Shown here piece after piece: positions 1-12,041 of a stretch of DNA of 64,000 nucleotides (position 1 is its first letter; every line of letters begins with the position of its first letter). The stretch is from Podarcis vaucheri. Lineage: Eukaryota. Location: assembly GCA_965113315.1 (NCBI GenBank), contig OZ220369.1, one strand, 5' to 3'. Below the pieces are notes generated by a model, which saw only the letters and a list, made by a program, of their open reading frames with translations, was not told the origin of the DNA and ran no database searches. The position numbers and the translations under genes are program-made.

Positions 1-287
1 CAGTATTTATGAGGTATAGTTGCGTGTTGACATTTGGGTTCTGTGTTGCAAACTTCCCTCTGGTCTTCAGACAAAGGGGGTCTAAAAATTTAGTTAATTA
101 ATAAGCTGCCTTAGACTGAGACAGACCTTAGGGTCCATCTTGGTCAGTATTGTCTACACTGAGTGACAGCTGCTCTCCAGGATTTCAGCTCTCCAGCTCT
201 ACCTGGAAATGCTGGGAATTGAACTTTGGACCTCCTACATGCAAAAAGATGCTCTGACCCCGTGCTGTGGTTTTTCTCCTATAAAGG

Positions 288-487
288 CTGGTCCTCAATA
301 GCACAATTAAAGAACTTTGAACTTTGCTGGAGAAGCAGGTCAGTCTCAATGCAAGAAGCCTCATTTCATGATTTAGCTTGTCCACCTCATTGCTGCAGCA
401 GCCTGGAGTGAACTGCATCTCTTTAGCCTTGGTTCACTTAGTTAGGGTTGCCAGCAGACTGGAAAAGCAACAAAGCAGTGAGGTCAT
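288..487 (+). repeat. Duplicated ~200-bp block, copy A
   Basis: About 92% identical by manual alignment to 17790-17990. Confidence 0.9.
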
Positions 488-1000
488 AGCTCCTTAAGGG
501 AGATTTGAATTGCAGGAATCCACGTCTGCACTAGCTACATTTCAAGCACTATTATACCACTTAAAACAGTCCTGTCTTCCCATGCAAAACCCTGGGAGCT
601 GTAGTTTGTGTCCAAAGTGCTGAGAGCTGTTAGGCAGCCCATATTCCCTTCATGGAGCTACCGTTCCCAGAGTGGTTTAACCATCCATCCAGCTTCCCAG
701 GTAACTCTAGGAATTTAAATGCATTTAAGTGCGGATGATGCCAAACTCTACTTGGCTAGAACTAAACAATATCACTGGGCAACTGCTGTAGATCCAACCG
801 CTGTTACAGGAGCAGCTACCAAGGAGGGAATATTTTGGGCATCTCTGCATTACAGACTTACAGGACAATCCCAAGCATCACTTGAAATGTCTTATAGCAG
901 GAAAGGCATACTGAATGTAAAATTTAAGATGACGTCAAAAGGATAAAAGAGCAGGACTGAGGAAAAAGCGCTTGTGATCCTGCAATATCAAACCTGCCCC

Positions 1001-1317
1001 CAGAGATGGATGAACCATTAAGCAAAATGAGCATGCACTAGAGTATCAAGGGGCACCACAGAAATTTTCCACTGTTAGTTTTTCCATGGACCTGCAACTC
1101 TGCTTTTCAGTTTACAAATTCTGAGACAAAATTCATCTCTGTTAATTAAAGCACAAAATTTGGCTGTAAACTGGTAAATAAATTGTTCGTATCATGGAAT
1201 AAAGTAGAAGTATACAAAAACAAACATTATTTTCCATCTTAAGGTAGGTTTCCTTTTGAGAAATAAAAAAAATATTTTACGGTGCCTGGGGCCTCTAAAG
1301 GTCTTAATCTGGCCTTG
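1001..1317. mobile_element. Old hAT-like element
   Basis: Degenerate termini; 7/8 TSD cctgcccc/cctgcacc. Confidence 0.45.
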
Positions 1318-1421
1318 CCTGCACCGCTGAAAGCTAAACTAAAAGTGTGCATTCTGCAACATCATTATAAAAATTAATAATAACAACAATAGTATTTCCT
1401 ATCAATCCATCTTTAGTTTAC

Positions 1422-1470
1422 CTTGGTAGAAGAGAGCAGGTAGCAGCAAAATTGCCCAAGTCTTGGCCAT
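1422..1470 (-). CDS. Candidate signal-peptide exon of an unidentified secreted-protein gene extending off the left edge
   Basis: aagATGG Kozak, MAKTWAILLLPALFYQ + phase-1 donor AAG|gtaaac; TATA-like TTATTAAA ~1540-1547 upstream; possible further exons at 910-862 and 81-1. Confidence 0.5.
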
Positions 1471-4386
1471 CTTGAAACAGCTCTAAGCTCCTTGCTGTGT
1501 CCTGAGCCCCTGTCTCTGACCTGCTGCCTGGCACTGCCTTTAATAACCTCCTAAATACTCCCACCCAATCCTGCCCTTCCGTAAGGACCAGCCCCAAACA
1601 AAGGTGCCACTTTGAACTCCCAATTGGTCCCAGGCTGGGCTCTGCTGCTTTCACAATGGCTGGGAGGGGACAGTGCAAAGGAGGGTTGCCAGGCACGTGA
1701 GCACAAAGTGTGGCACCAGAGGACACGTTGGACCGGACCCACCTGGTATCAAGGTGAGTCACAAGCCAGGATTTCAGGAGGAGATGTTTGGAGCATCCCA
1801 AAGGATGGATGGGAAGGCGGGGATGTGTCAGGCTTCAGGAATCCAGCCAGTCTGGTTGGGATGGGAGGGAAAGCTGGAGGAAAGGATACAAAAAGCAACA
1901 GAGAGGGAGAAACTGAAGCAGGGAGAAAGAGAAAGGCAATCAGAACATAAGAAGAGACTGTTGGATCAGACCAGTGACCTACCTGGTTCAGCATCCTGTT
2001 CTCACATCAGCCAACCAGATACCTGGGGGGAAACCCACAAAACAAGACTCTAGCACTCTTCCCTCTTGTGGTTTCCAGCAGCTGGTATTCAAAAGCATTC
2101 CTGCCTCCGACTGCGGCTAGCAGCCATTGACAGCCCTTTCCTCCATGAATGTGTCCAGTCCTCTTTGAAAGCCATCCAAATTCATGGCCATCACCACCTC
2201 TCATGGGAGCAAGTTCCAAAGCTGAACTATGCACTGTGTGCTTCGTTTTATCTGTCCTGAATCTATGAAGAGAAGCAATGAGAAGCAAGGCCCAGATTCT
2301 CCAGCATCATTCACCACTAGACAACAGTTTTCTTTTGAGGCAGAGCTATAGCTCAGTAGTCTTGCAAGCAGGAGAGCCCAAATTAAATTCCCTGCATGTC
2401 CAAGTAGGGTGGGAAGAAGCTCCCTGTATGACACCCTGGAGAGGTGCTGTTGGCGAGTGTAGATGTTAATGAGCTGCATGGAGCAAAAATTTGACTCGGT
2501 ATAAGGCAGATTTCTATGCCCCATGAGGGAGTCTAACTTCAGGCAACCAGGATGCTGTGTCTTGAAACACAATCAAGTGCATTGTACAGTGGCTTCCCTC
2601 TGAATCTGCAGAACCTGCTGCCATTCAAGAAGTGTAGCTCATCATCCCAAGGCATCTGAGTTCCAGAGATAAAAACTGAACCGTTCAAACACTGAGGTTG
2701 AACAGTTAGAATTATTACAGCTGTTGAGAAGATGAATGTCAAAATCTTGGGGCGTTGATTTACCTCTGGTGGGAATGTCTGAAAGAGGTTTTTGCAATCC
2801 TTTCCAATCTCTTCCACAGAGTTGTTGAAATAGAACTGGGATTAGTTTTGCTGATTTACAGGGTGCAATGAAGATGTCCCTTGTAAGAGTTTGATAAACC
2901 ACCTTCTCACAGCAGTGTCCACAGAGCTCTATTTACATTGGAAAGATCCATACAGATGTACTATCCACAAGTGGTATGATACTTTGGCATCCAACCAAGT
3001 CATCTCATTTGCGTAAGGACTTTCTGCTCCATAGCGGAACTTGCCCTCCTTATTTTCTCCTTATGCCCCCCTCAAATCTGCTCCAGAAGGTTGGGGTGAC
3101 CCCAGAATAGATGGGGGTGCACAGAGGGAAGAGAGGGTGGGGAATCTTCCATTGCACAAGCAGAAGCCCTTGCAGGAATGAGATTACGTTTCTGGACACA
3201 ACCCAGATTTCACCACTGCAATGAGATGTACTGGATTTCTATTTAAACTGTAGTAAGCATTTCTAAATGTGTAGCAGTCCATATATAAATTAGTCAATAG
3301 TGCAGATTTTAGACCAAGGTTTGGTTTGGTTTTCTTCCCTTTTTTGGTGATTCCTCTCTCACTCGGGAATTTTGTATGGGCCACTCTTGGGGGGAGGGGA
3401 GATGCTTTTGTAGCTCTCCAGTCCTTGTTTTTATCTGCCTGACAAAGCACTCCCAAATAGAAGAGGGAGAAACACTGAGCTAAGCCAGCAAAGTTGGATC
3501 CTTTCCAGACAACCTCTTTGTTGAATATTCATTCTAATTTGTTTCCACAGAGTTTGCGGGGAGCTTAGATGATGTGGGCTATCCATTGAACATCTATCCC
3601 AATTTATTTGTAGATAAGTAAGATGGCATGGCCTCAAGCACACTTTAAATTGTATTCTCCCATCACCCTACTTACTACAAAAAACCCCACACGTTTTTGA
3701 GTGGGGAACAGCAGGTTTGCTGCCCAAGGGCTCCAAATTAGCTTTAAATGTGCAACCAAAGTTTGCTGGGATGTGATTGAATCTCATCTGGATATAGTGA
3801 CCTCATAGCAATGGCCTTAGAGGTCTGCTTGGATCCTGGTGTGGAGGTGGGAATTGGACGCATCCCAGGCTCTCTTCCAAGTTCCTGGAAGGCTGTGTGG
3901 TCAAGTGGTTGGAAGTCGCAGTCATACAGACTCCTTCTCCCACCTCTGAGATTGGCCAGATCCTGACTCATTAAAACAAGGAGGGTTGAGATGACTGAGC
4001 CTTCTCAGCCTTCTCTTGCAAGAGAGGCATCTCTGGACCCAACACGAGTCTGTTCTCTGCTTGGATTGGGTGTGCCTGACTTTCCCAAGTTCTCTTCAAT
4101 AAATAAGCCTGTCCAAGGGAACACACAGATTGACTGTGGGGCAGTCCAGGGCACATGGCAAGGAAGGTGAGCATCAAGCAAGGAGGAGGGAGGGGCAGCG
4201 AATGCTTTAGCAATGCAGATTGATAGGTCGGTGATGACTAAAGGATTGCAAGAAGAATAGCTTTGCCACTTTCCTTCCCCCAGCAGAAAGGACTCCTGAA
4301 CTTTTAACACTGGCAGGAATTCAACAGGGGAAGCTGTACTCCGTTTCTGCCCTTGCCATGCTGGGAAATGCTTAACCTGTTGGATT

Positions 4387-4414
4387 TGTTGTTGTTGTTG
4401 TTGTTGTTGTTGTT
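4387..4414. repeat. (GTT)n microsatellite
   Basis: Directly visible. Confidence 0.95.
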
Positions 4415-5480
4415 CATCTGCTTGCAATAAATGCACAGTGACCTGCTAGGGGAAAGGAAAGGAAAAGAGAAAGGAGGTTGCATGTAATAGGGATTAGAAG
4501 CATGCTCTCTGCCTGGCTTTTGAAGACCCCCTCAGGCAAGGGAATTGCTTTCTGCCATGGGCTTAGGAAAGCAAGCTGTGCCAGTTAGTGAATTATAGAG
4601 CTGGACGGGCATGCATGGCCCATCCCTTGCTGAAAAGGCAAGGCCGTTTATGCACTACCAGGTCTCCTACAAATCCACCTATTCACTCCTCTAGTTCAGG
4701 GATGGGCGGAAGGGAGAGCAGGTTTTCCTGGTAGATCTCTGGGTGATTTGCATGGGTTTCTGACTCTCAGTTGATTGTTACAGAGAAAACAAGAAACAGG
4801 CACCTTTACCCCAAAGACTACAAATCCAGAGTGAAGTCCCTAAGATGATTGGATGGTGCCTTGTACACCTCCTTTTGGCAACTTCTGCATCTGCCAGAGC
4901 CACACACACACACCCCATTCCTCTGCACCTCTCCCTCTGTCTCAGGCACCCATCCTTTTATTCGTAGGGGCAGCAGCCATCCAGCCCCTCCTAGCTTTCT
5001 TCCAAGGTGGACAGGGGGAGCAATGACCACTCTTTAGCAGCAGCAGCAGAGTCAACAAGGCTCTCTGTTTTAACCTCCTCCCTTCTGCCTTCTAGGAAGG
5101 ACCAGGTGAGGTCCTCCAAGAGAGGCAGTCTAGGCGGCAAAGCTGTAGCTAGGTGATCTTGCACCCCTGGCAGAACCGTCCAGATTACGCCCCCTAGCCA
5201 CGGACAAATTAGCTCTTCGTTCCACCTCTCCTCCAACCCCCAATTCAATTTGGCTTCGGCTGTCCCCTGGAAAGTTGCATTGTGATTGGCTGAAACATCG
5301 TGAGTCTAAGTACACAATGTGAAATAGTGTGTATTTTGAGTTTGTGAAATTTAAAGAAAAAAGGAATGTGGCAAGGAAAAAAAATAGGGGGAAGCAGGGC
5401 CCTCACTTATCATATAAAGACCCTCTATTTAAAACCTTTTCTTATGAGGCAATAATTGGTATTTTTATTTATAGATATAA

Positions 5481-5837
5481 AAAGGTAAAGATAAAGGGAC
5501 CCCTGACCATTAGATCCAGTCATAGCCGACACTGGGGTTGCAGCACTCATCTCGCTTTATTGGCCGAGGGAGCCAGCATACAGCTTCCGGGTCATGTGGC
5601 CAGCATGACTAAGCCGCTTCTGGCAAACCAGAGCAGCGCACAGAGACGCCGTTTACCTTCCTGCCGGAGCGGTACCTATTTATCTACTTGCACTTTGACG
5701 TGCTTTCGAACTGCTAGGTGGGCAGGAGCAGGGACCGAGCAACGGGAGCTCACCCCGTCGTGGGGATTCAAACCGCCTGCTTTCTGATCGGCAAGTCCTA
5801 GGCTCTGTGGTTTAACCCACAGCACCACCTGCATCCC
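5481..5837 (-). mobile_element. Sauria SINE (full length)
   Basis: ACCTTT-type tail, body ggtcatgtggccagcatgactaagccgcttctgg; TSD-like tttataga(t/c)at. Confidence 0.85.
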
Positions 5838-7052
5838 TGTTTATAGACATATTTTTAGTCAATTTGGGGGGGAGGCCTCCTCACCACCCCCTAGCTTCGG
5901 CCCTGCTGGGTGGACCGGCTGTGAATGTCACAGTCCCTTGAAACTCCCCTCAAAATTTTAGCTGTCATTAGTCATAAAGGCAGCACACGGCAATGTTGCA
6001 GGCGCTTTTAGGGCAAACCTGCCTGGAAGGCCTTGCTCTGAGGACCCCCTTTGTTCTTCCCAGAATGCGCAAATAATTCCATGCCACTCAAGTGAATGAG
6101 TCGTTTGCCTGCTCAAGAGCTGAAAACCCAAATTAAAAATTTCCGAATGCAGATTCAGAATGGGTGGCTTTCAATGTGGAGTTTTGCCCAACAGCTGTAT
6201 CAGAACTGCAGTGTTTGCTAGACAACTGAAAGAGGAGTCAGGCACAGGAGTTTAAGCTCAATCCTGAAGCGTAAGAGTTGCGGCCGTCTCCATGATTTAA
6301 GAACAATCACACGTGGTGCAAACCGCTTGAGTGCCGTGTGGTAAAGACAGCAGCACTTATAATTTTCAGGTTGCAAAGAGACGCACAGCCTGGCATCGCC
6401 TATCGCTAATTGGGATTAAAATGCTCCTAAGTGGAGCTCAGGCATAGAATGAAGTGATCAAAGCAGCTAATAGGCATGCCACCTCCCTTGGAAAAGTATT
6501 GCATGGTTTCTGTAAAAGCTTATTCCAAATTCTCAAGTGCTGTTTATCGCTTGCTGACTCACTTTGCCCCTGAGCTGCTTGCATTCCAGGGGCGCCATCC
6601 ACCAAGCGCATTAGAGCATCCTTGCTCCAAAGCACAGGAGCTGCAGTTGTCCTGAAATGCCGCCCGTATGTCCCAAGATCATTCCCTCTCTGGATATATT
6701 GCCCAAGATAGTTCTGCAAATAGATGGCCCACCTTTGCGCCTCACAACCATTCAGAGGATGATCTGCCCCTTTTAGGCGCTTAGACCCATGCTTACCTCG
6801 TCTCAAGCCTAGGAACAGATGAAAAAATTATTTCTGATAATGCTAGAACTCAAGGGCATCCAATGAATGTTGGAAGATTCGGGCCAGAAAAACGAAAGCC
6901 CTTCATGTAGTCATTGCCACAGGAAGCAGTAGTGGCCACCAACCTGGATGAATTAGAAAGAGGAGCAGACAAATTCATGGAGGTCAATGACTACTAGCCA
7001 CAGTGGCTGTGTTGTACCTCTACTGGGAAAGAGGAGACTGAGAAGAGATATG

Positions 7053-7397
7053 GTAAAGGTAAAGGGACCCCTGACCATTAGGTCCAGTTGTTAACGACTC
7101 TGGGGTTGTGGCGCTCATCTCATTTTACTGGCCGAGGGAGCTGGCGTACAGCTTCTGGGTCGTGTGGCCAGCATGACTAAGCCGCTTCTGGCAAACCAGA
7201 GCAGCGCACAGAAATGCCGTTTACCTTCCCGCCAGAGCGGTACCTATTTATCTACTTGCACTTTGATGTGCTTTCGAACTGCTAGGTTGGCAGGAGCAGG
7301 GATCGAGCAATGAGAGCTCACCCCATCATGGGGATTTGAACCGCCGACCTTCCATTTGGCAAGCCCAAGAGGCTCAGTGGTTTAGACCACAGCGCCA
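7053..7397 (-). mobile_element. Sauria SINE inserted into a CR1 fragment
   Basis: Same body as 5481-5837. Confidence 0.85.
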
Positions 7398-7637
7398 TCT
7401 TTAAATATCTTAAAGGATGTCACATGGACGATGGAGCAAACTTGTTTTCTCCTGCTCTGGAGGGTAGGACTCGAACCAACAGCTTCAAGTTACAAGAAAG
7501 GACATTCCGACTAAACTTCAGGAAGCACTTTCTGATGTTAAGAGCTGTCCAACAGTGAAATGGACTCCTTCGGGAGGTTGTGGACTGTCCTTCATTGGAG
7601 GTTTTTAAGCAGAGGTTGGATGGCCACCTGTCATGGC

Positions 7638-7783
7638 TCATAGAATCAAAGCATTGTGGAGTTGGAAGGTACTCAGGGGGTCGTCTTGTCCAACCCCCTG
7701 AAATGCAGGAATCTTTTGCTCAGCGTAGGTCTCAAACCCGCGACTCCAGGATTAAGAGTCTCATGCTCTACCAACTGAGCCAT
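7638..7783 (-). mobile_element. tRNA-Lys-derived SINE with CR1 tail (second copy)
   Basis: gattaagagtctcatgctctaccaactgagc plus CR1 tail; same layout as 35345-35474. Confidence 0.75.
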
Positions 7784-9897
7784 CTTGATGAGATTCCTGC
7801 AGTGTAGGAGGCTGGACTAGAATGACCCTTGGTGTCCCTTCCAACTCTACAATGCTATGATTCTGTGATTCTATACTTCCAGTGGCATTATGCCTCTGAG
7901 TACCAATTGCTGGGAATCACAGATGGGTGCTATTGTGCCCAGGTCCTGCTTGGAGTCTGATTGGCCCCTGTGAACAAAGGATGCTAGACTAGATGGGTTA
8001 TTGGTCTGGTCTAGCAGCCTTGTCTTATGTTCTTATGCAGCTGGCATATTCCGTTTCTCATTTCCCCCCAGTCTTCAGTTCTCTGCAATTCTGCATCATT
8101 TTGTGATTATTTTTTTTAAAAAAACTACTCAGGACAATTGGTCGGCATTTTAGTACAAATGCCTGTCAATATGGACATTTTTTTGTATAGGATTTGCCAG
8201 ATTTAACACATCTTTGCAAGGAATCTTCTCCACACAGAATGCATTTTACATGTTTATTTTTGTGAATATGTGCATTTTTGCACACATTTCTTGCTTTGAG
8301 AACAAAATTCAGAGAATTGTGCATTTTGAAGGGCAACTGCCTTTCAGATCACATACTGCAAATTTGTCAAGTTAGGCTTTGAATGTGAACTGAATTAAAT
8401 TTCTCCTCCATTCCCAGCAACAAGTGATATTTACAAGTATTTGCATTTCAATTTTACAAACGCAATCAGCTGCTCTCCTCCTTGGGTTTCCAATGGCCCT
8501 TTCAGTGATGGGAAGCCAGGAGCCAAGTTCAGTTCCTATCCGTGGTGGTGGTCTGCCATTTTAATTTACCCAAAATGCAATGCCCCGGCCCATTAGATCT
8601 ATGAAATCTATTCTTGGGTTAAGACCTGGTTTGTCCTGGCATGGTTTAAGCAACATAGCACTGGCATAGCACTGCAGATCGAAACGTGTTTCCTCATGCG
8701 CTAAGACGAGAACGTTCTCACACATTTTCTCACAGGCATCCCTGATACCAAATTTTGACCTCGTGTCCCATCAAAACTCCCCTCCCATTAAATCTTCCCC
8801 CGCAGCAGACCAAAACCACACAGTAGGCAGGGCGTGTGAGAGAGCTTTAAATAGCCGGTACCATTGCCAAAGTGGGGCTGGAGGATCCGTAAACAGCTGT
8901 ACCTGCAGCCGTGGTGGAATGGGGAAGGAATTTCTAATCAAAAGCAGAGAGGGAAGGCATGCACTATGGTGCTTTGAGGGAGGGGAAATGCAAAACATAT
9001 TGGAACAAATTCTCCCTCAGCAGAAACAAAACAACTTCCAAAAAACCCACCATGTTCTTGGGGGGGGGGTTCTTCACTCATATCCACACCATATATTTAA
9101 AACACATGGCTTCCTCCCCAAAGTTCCAGAAGCTGTCGTTTATTCCTCACCAAACTACATTTCCCAGCAACCCTAGGAAACTACAATTCTCAGGGTTCTT
9201 TGGGAGAAGGCATGCGCTTTAAAGGGATGTTTATAAAAGGGCACCCTCATTATAATGTTTTAGATGCTTGTTAAAAACATTTCTGCTGCAGGAAGCCTAT
9301 CCGGTCATATAATTTTGGTGTGTGTGTGTGTTTAAAAAGTTGCTGCTTTTTATTTGTACATTACAGATCATTGCGATGCATTGTTTTATGTACACCACTT
9401 AGGGACTGTTTTCTTTAAATTAAGCATTGTGCAGATTTTTCTAAACAAATAAATGCAATGAACTCAGAGGTACTTAACAGGATTTCGTCAGCAGAATTTC
9501 TTGCCAGTTCATCTGAGGAGACAACAGTGCACAGCATTACCGGTAATCTCAGTGCTTTTTTCCTAGAAATAAGGTGCTGGAACGCGCTTCCCTCAGAAGA
9601 CTCAAACCCAAAAGTCCCATCCTCTTTGCGGTTGGTGGGGGGGGGGGTGTCCTCACAAGCCAGAGGCTTGTTGAGACTGCTCAGCTGAGGGGAGGGGAGC
9701 ATTCCATGCCTCAACTGAGCAGTTTAATGAGCCCCACTGCCTCTCCAGCTCACATGTGCCAGAGCAGTAGAGTGTTTGTTCAGCTGAGGTGTGGCTTTCC
9801 CACATGTCAGCTGTTAGTCGGGAGGCTGAAGTGCCTCCACAAAGCCCCGCTGCACCACCGGCTCTCGCAAGGAGACCCTCTCCAAAGTCCATAGACA

Positions 9898-10034
9898 CAG
9901 TGGTGGCCACACTTGGCCCTCCAGCTATTTTGGGACTACAGTTCCCATCATCCCTGACCACTGGTCCTGTTAGCTAGGGATGATGGGAGTTGTAGTCCAA
10001 AAACAGCTGGAGGGCCAAGTGTGGCCACGACTGC
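9898..10034. mobile_element. Palindromic MITE
   Basis: cagtggtggccacacttggccctccagct...agctggagggccaagtgtggccacgactg long inverted repeat. Confidence 0.75.
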
Positions 10035-10558
10035 TAGAGGATGCCCCCTCCCAGGCTCCAAGGAGGGTTTCCTCGTGAGCTGGAAGCACAGCAGGGCTTT
10101 GCTGAGGCTGGTCAGGTCTCTCTCCCTACTTCCAGGGCCCACCTGAGAGGTGCCGGAACGCCGTTCTGGCATATTCTAACTGGGAAAAAGCCCTGATTAA
10201 GCTTATTGATCAGTAGTGAATGATCCTTCTTCTGCTGAGGGATGCATTCTGTTGGGATTAATATTTTGGGGCAGCTACATTCCGTACCATCCAAGATGCC
10301 GCGGCTGAAAACCGGGACACACATTTTCTGGGCCACACTCATTTTTGGGAGCTCTTTCCCAGCCCTACCTAGAGATGCTGGGGTTGAACCTGAGGCCTTC
10401 TGCATGCACAGCATCTGTGCTACCACTGATCTAAGAGAAGGGTCATAACTCAGCAGCAGAGGACCTGATTTCTGCAAATAACGGGGCAGAAGGCTGCAGC
10501 TTTATATGTGGGGTTTCCAGATGCCCTTCACTTTACAGAATCTTTCCCGTTATCTAAT

Positions 10559-10559
<1 letters not shown>

Positions 10560-10605
<46 letters not shown>

Positions 10606-11061
10606 TAATAAAATAAAATAAAATAATAATAATAATTTATTATTTATACCCCACCCATCTGGCTGGGTTTCCCTAGGCACTCTGGGCAGCCCCCAACAGA
10701 ACATTAAAAACACGGTAAAAGATCAAACATTAAAAACCTCCCTACACAGGGCTGCCATCAGGTGTCTTCTAAAAGTCAGATAGTTGTTTATTTCCTTGAC
10801 ATCTGATGGGAGGGTGTTCCACAGGGCGGGCACCACTACCAAGAAGGCCCTTTGCCTGGTTTCCTCTAAGCTCACATCTCGCAGGGAGGGAGCCACCAGA
10901 AGACCCTCAGCGCTGGACCTAAGTGTCCGGGCTGAATGATGGGGGTGGAGACGCTCCTTCAGGTATACGGGGCCAAGGCCGTTTAGGGCTTTAAAAGTCA
11001 GCACCAACACTTTTAATTGTGCTTGGAAACATACTGGGAGCCAATGTAGGTCTTTCAGGAT
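10560..11061 (-). mobile_element. L2-clade LINE 3' end with (TTA)n tail
   Basis: LHWLPV..KVLVLTFKALNGLGPVYLKERL...ALWNTLP..FRRHL. Confidence 0.85.
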
Positions 11062-11464
11062 ACCGTAACACCATAAATCCTCCAAGGGGAAGATAAACAC
11101 CTTGCTCACTTGCTGCAATGAACCCTTTAATTTGGCACCTGTGATGTTAATGATAGGAAGATACCGGACTGGGAGCAAATAGTCATAGATGAGGAAGCCA
11201 GAGATAGGAAAGGCTGTGTTTGCCTTCTTCCCACTCTAGCAGGGCAGGAAGTGGGCAAAGAGGCGAGGTAGACCCATGCAAAAACCACTGGAGGAATTTT
11301 GCTCGGCAATTCTGTTTCCTGATCATCCATTGACAATGCAGCTGCTGATTTCTGTTTCCAGGTTGCCCACCAATTCATTTCAGGGTCATCAGTACTTTGC
11401 TTTAGGAATGTAAGAAGCTGCCTATAGAGAGTCAAGTCCATCCAGCTCAGTATTGTCTACACTT

Positions 11465-11897
11465 TGTTGTTGTTGTTGTTTAGTCGTGTCTGACTCTTCG
11501 TGACCCCATGGACCAGAGCACGCCAGGCACTTCTGTCTTCCGCTGCCTCCTGCAGTTTAGTCAAACTCATGCTGGTAGCTTCGAGAACACTGTCCAGCTA
11601 TCTCATCCTCTGTCGTCCCCTTCTTCTTGTGCCCTCCATCTTTCCCAACATCAGGGTCTTTTCCAGGGAGTCTTCTCTTCTCATGAGGTGGCCAAAGTAT
11701 TGGAGCCTCAGCTTCAGGATCTGCCCTTCCAGTGAGCACTCAGGGCTGATTTCCTTAAGAATGGATAGGTTTGATCTTCTTGCAGTCCATGGGACTCTCA
11801 AGAGTCTCCTCCAGCACCATAATTCAAAAGCATCAATTCTTCGGCGATCAGCCTTCTTTATGGTCCAGCTCTCACTTCCATACATCACTACTGGGAT
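11465..11897 (-). mobile_element. Bov-B (RTE) LINE 3' fragment
   Basis: Translation VVMYGSESWTIKKADRRRIDAFELWCWRRLLRVPWTARRSN...LQYFGHLMRREDSLEKTLMLGK; (CAA)n tail. Confidence 0.9.
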
Positions 11898-11906
11898 GTA
11901 TACACT

Positions 11907-12041
11907 AGGGTTTCCCAAACTTGAGTCTCTAGCTGCTTGTGGACTACAACTCCCATCACCTTGAGCTAGCAGGACCAGTGGTCAAGGATGATGGGAAATG
12001 TAGTTCAAAAAACAGCTGGAGACCAAAGTTTGGGAAACCCT
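11907..12041. mobile_element. hAT-type MITE
   Basis: TIR agggtttcccaaact / agtttgggaaaccct; 8-bp TSD gtatacac/gtctacac. Confidence 0.7.

Larger units (their letters stand above)
7027..7875 (+). mobile_element. CR1 LINE 3' end, interrupted by two SINEs
   Basis: CR1 3' motifs ggaggtttttaagcagaggttggatggcc ... cccttccaactc ... attctgtgattcta. Confidence 0.8.

Noticed and set aside
2539-2902. Minus-strand exon ending CCAGAG|gtaaat
   Set aside because: No convincing acceptor; upstream in-frame stop; no recognisable protein similarity
4005-4436. Poly-Q protein ORF
   Set aside because: The Q run is a (CAA)n microsatellite; the rest has no recognisable domain
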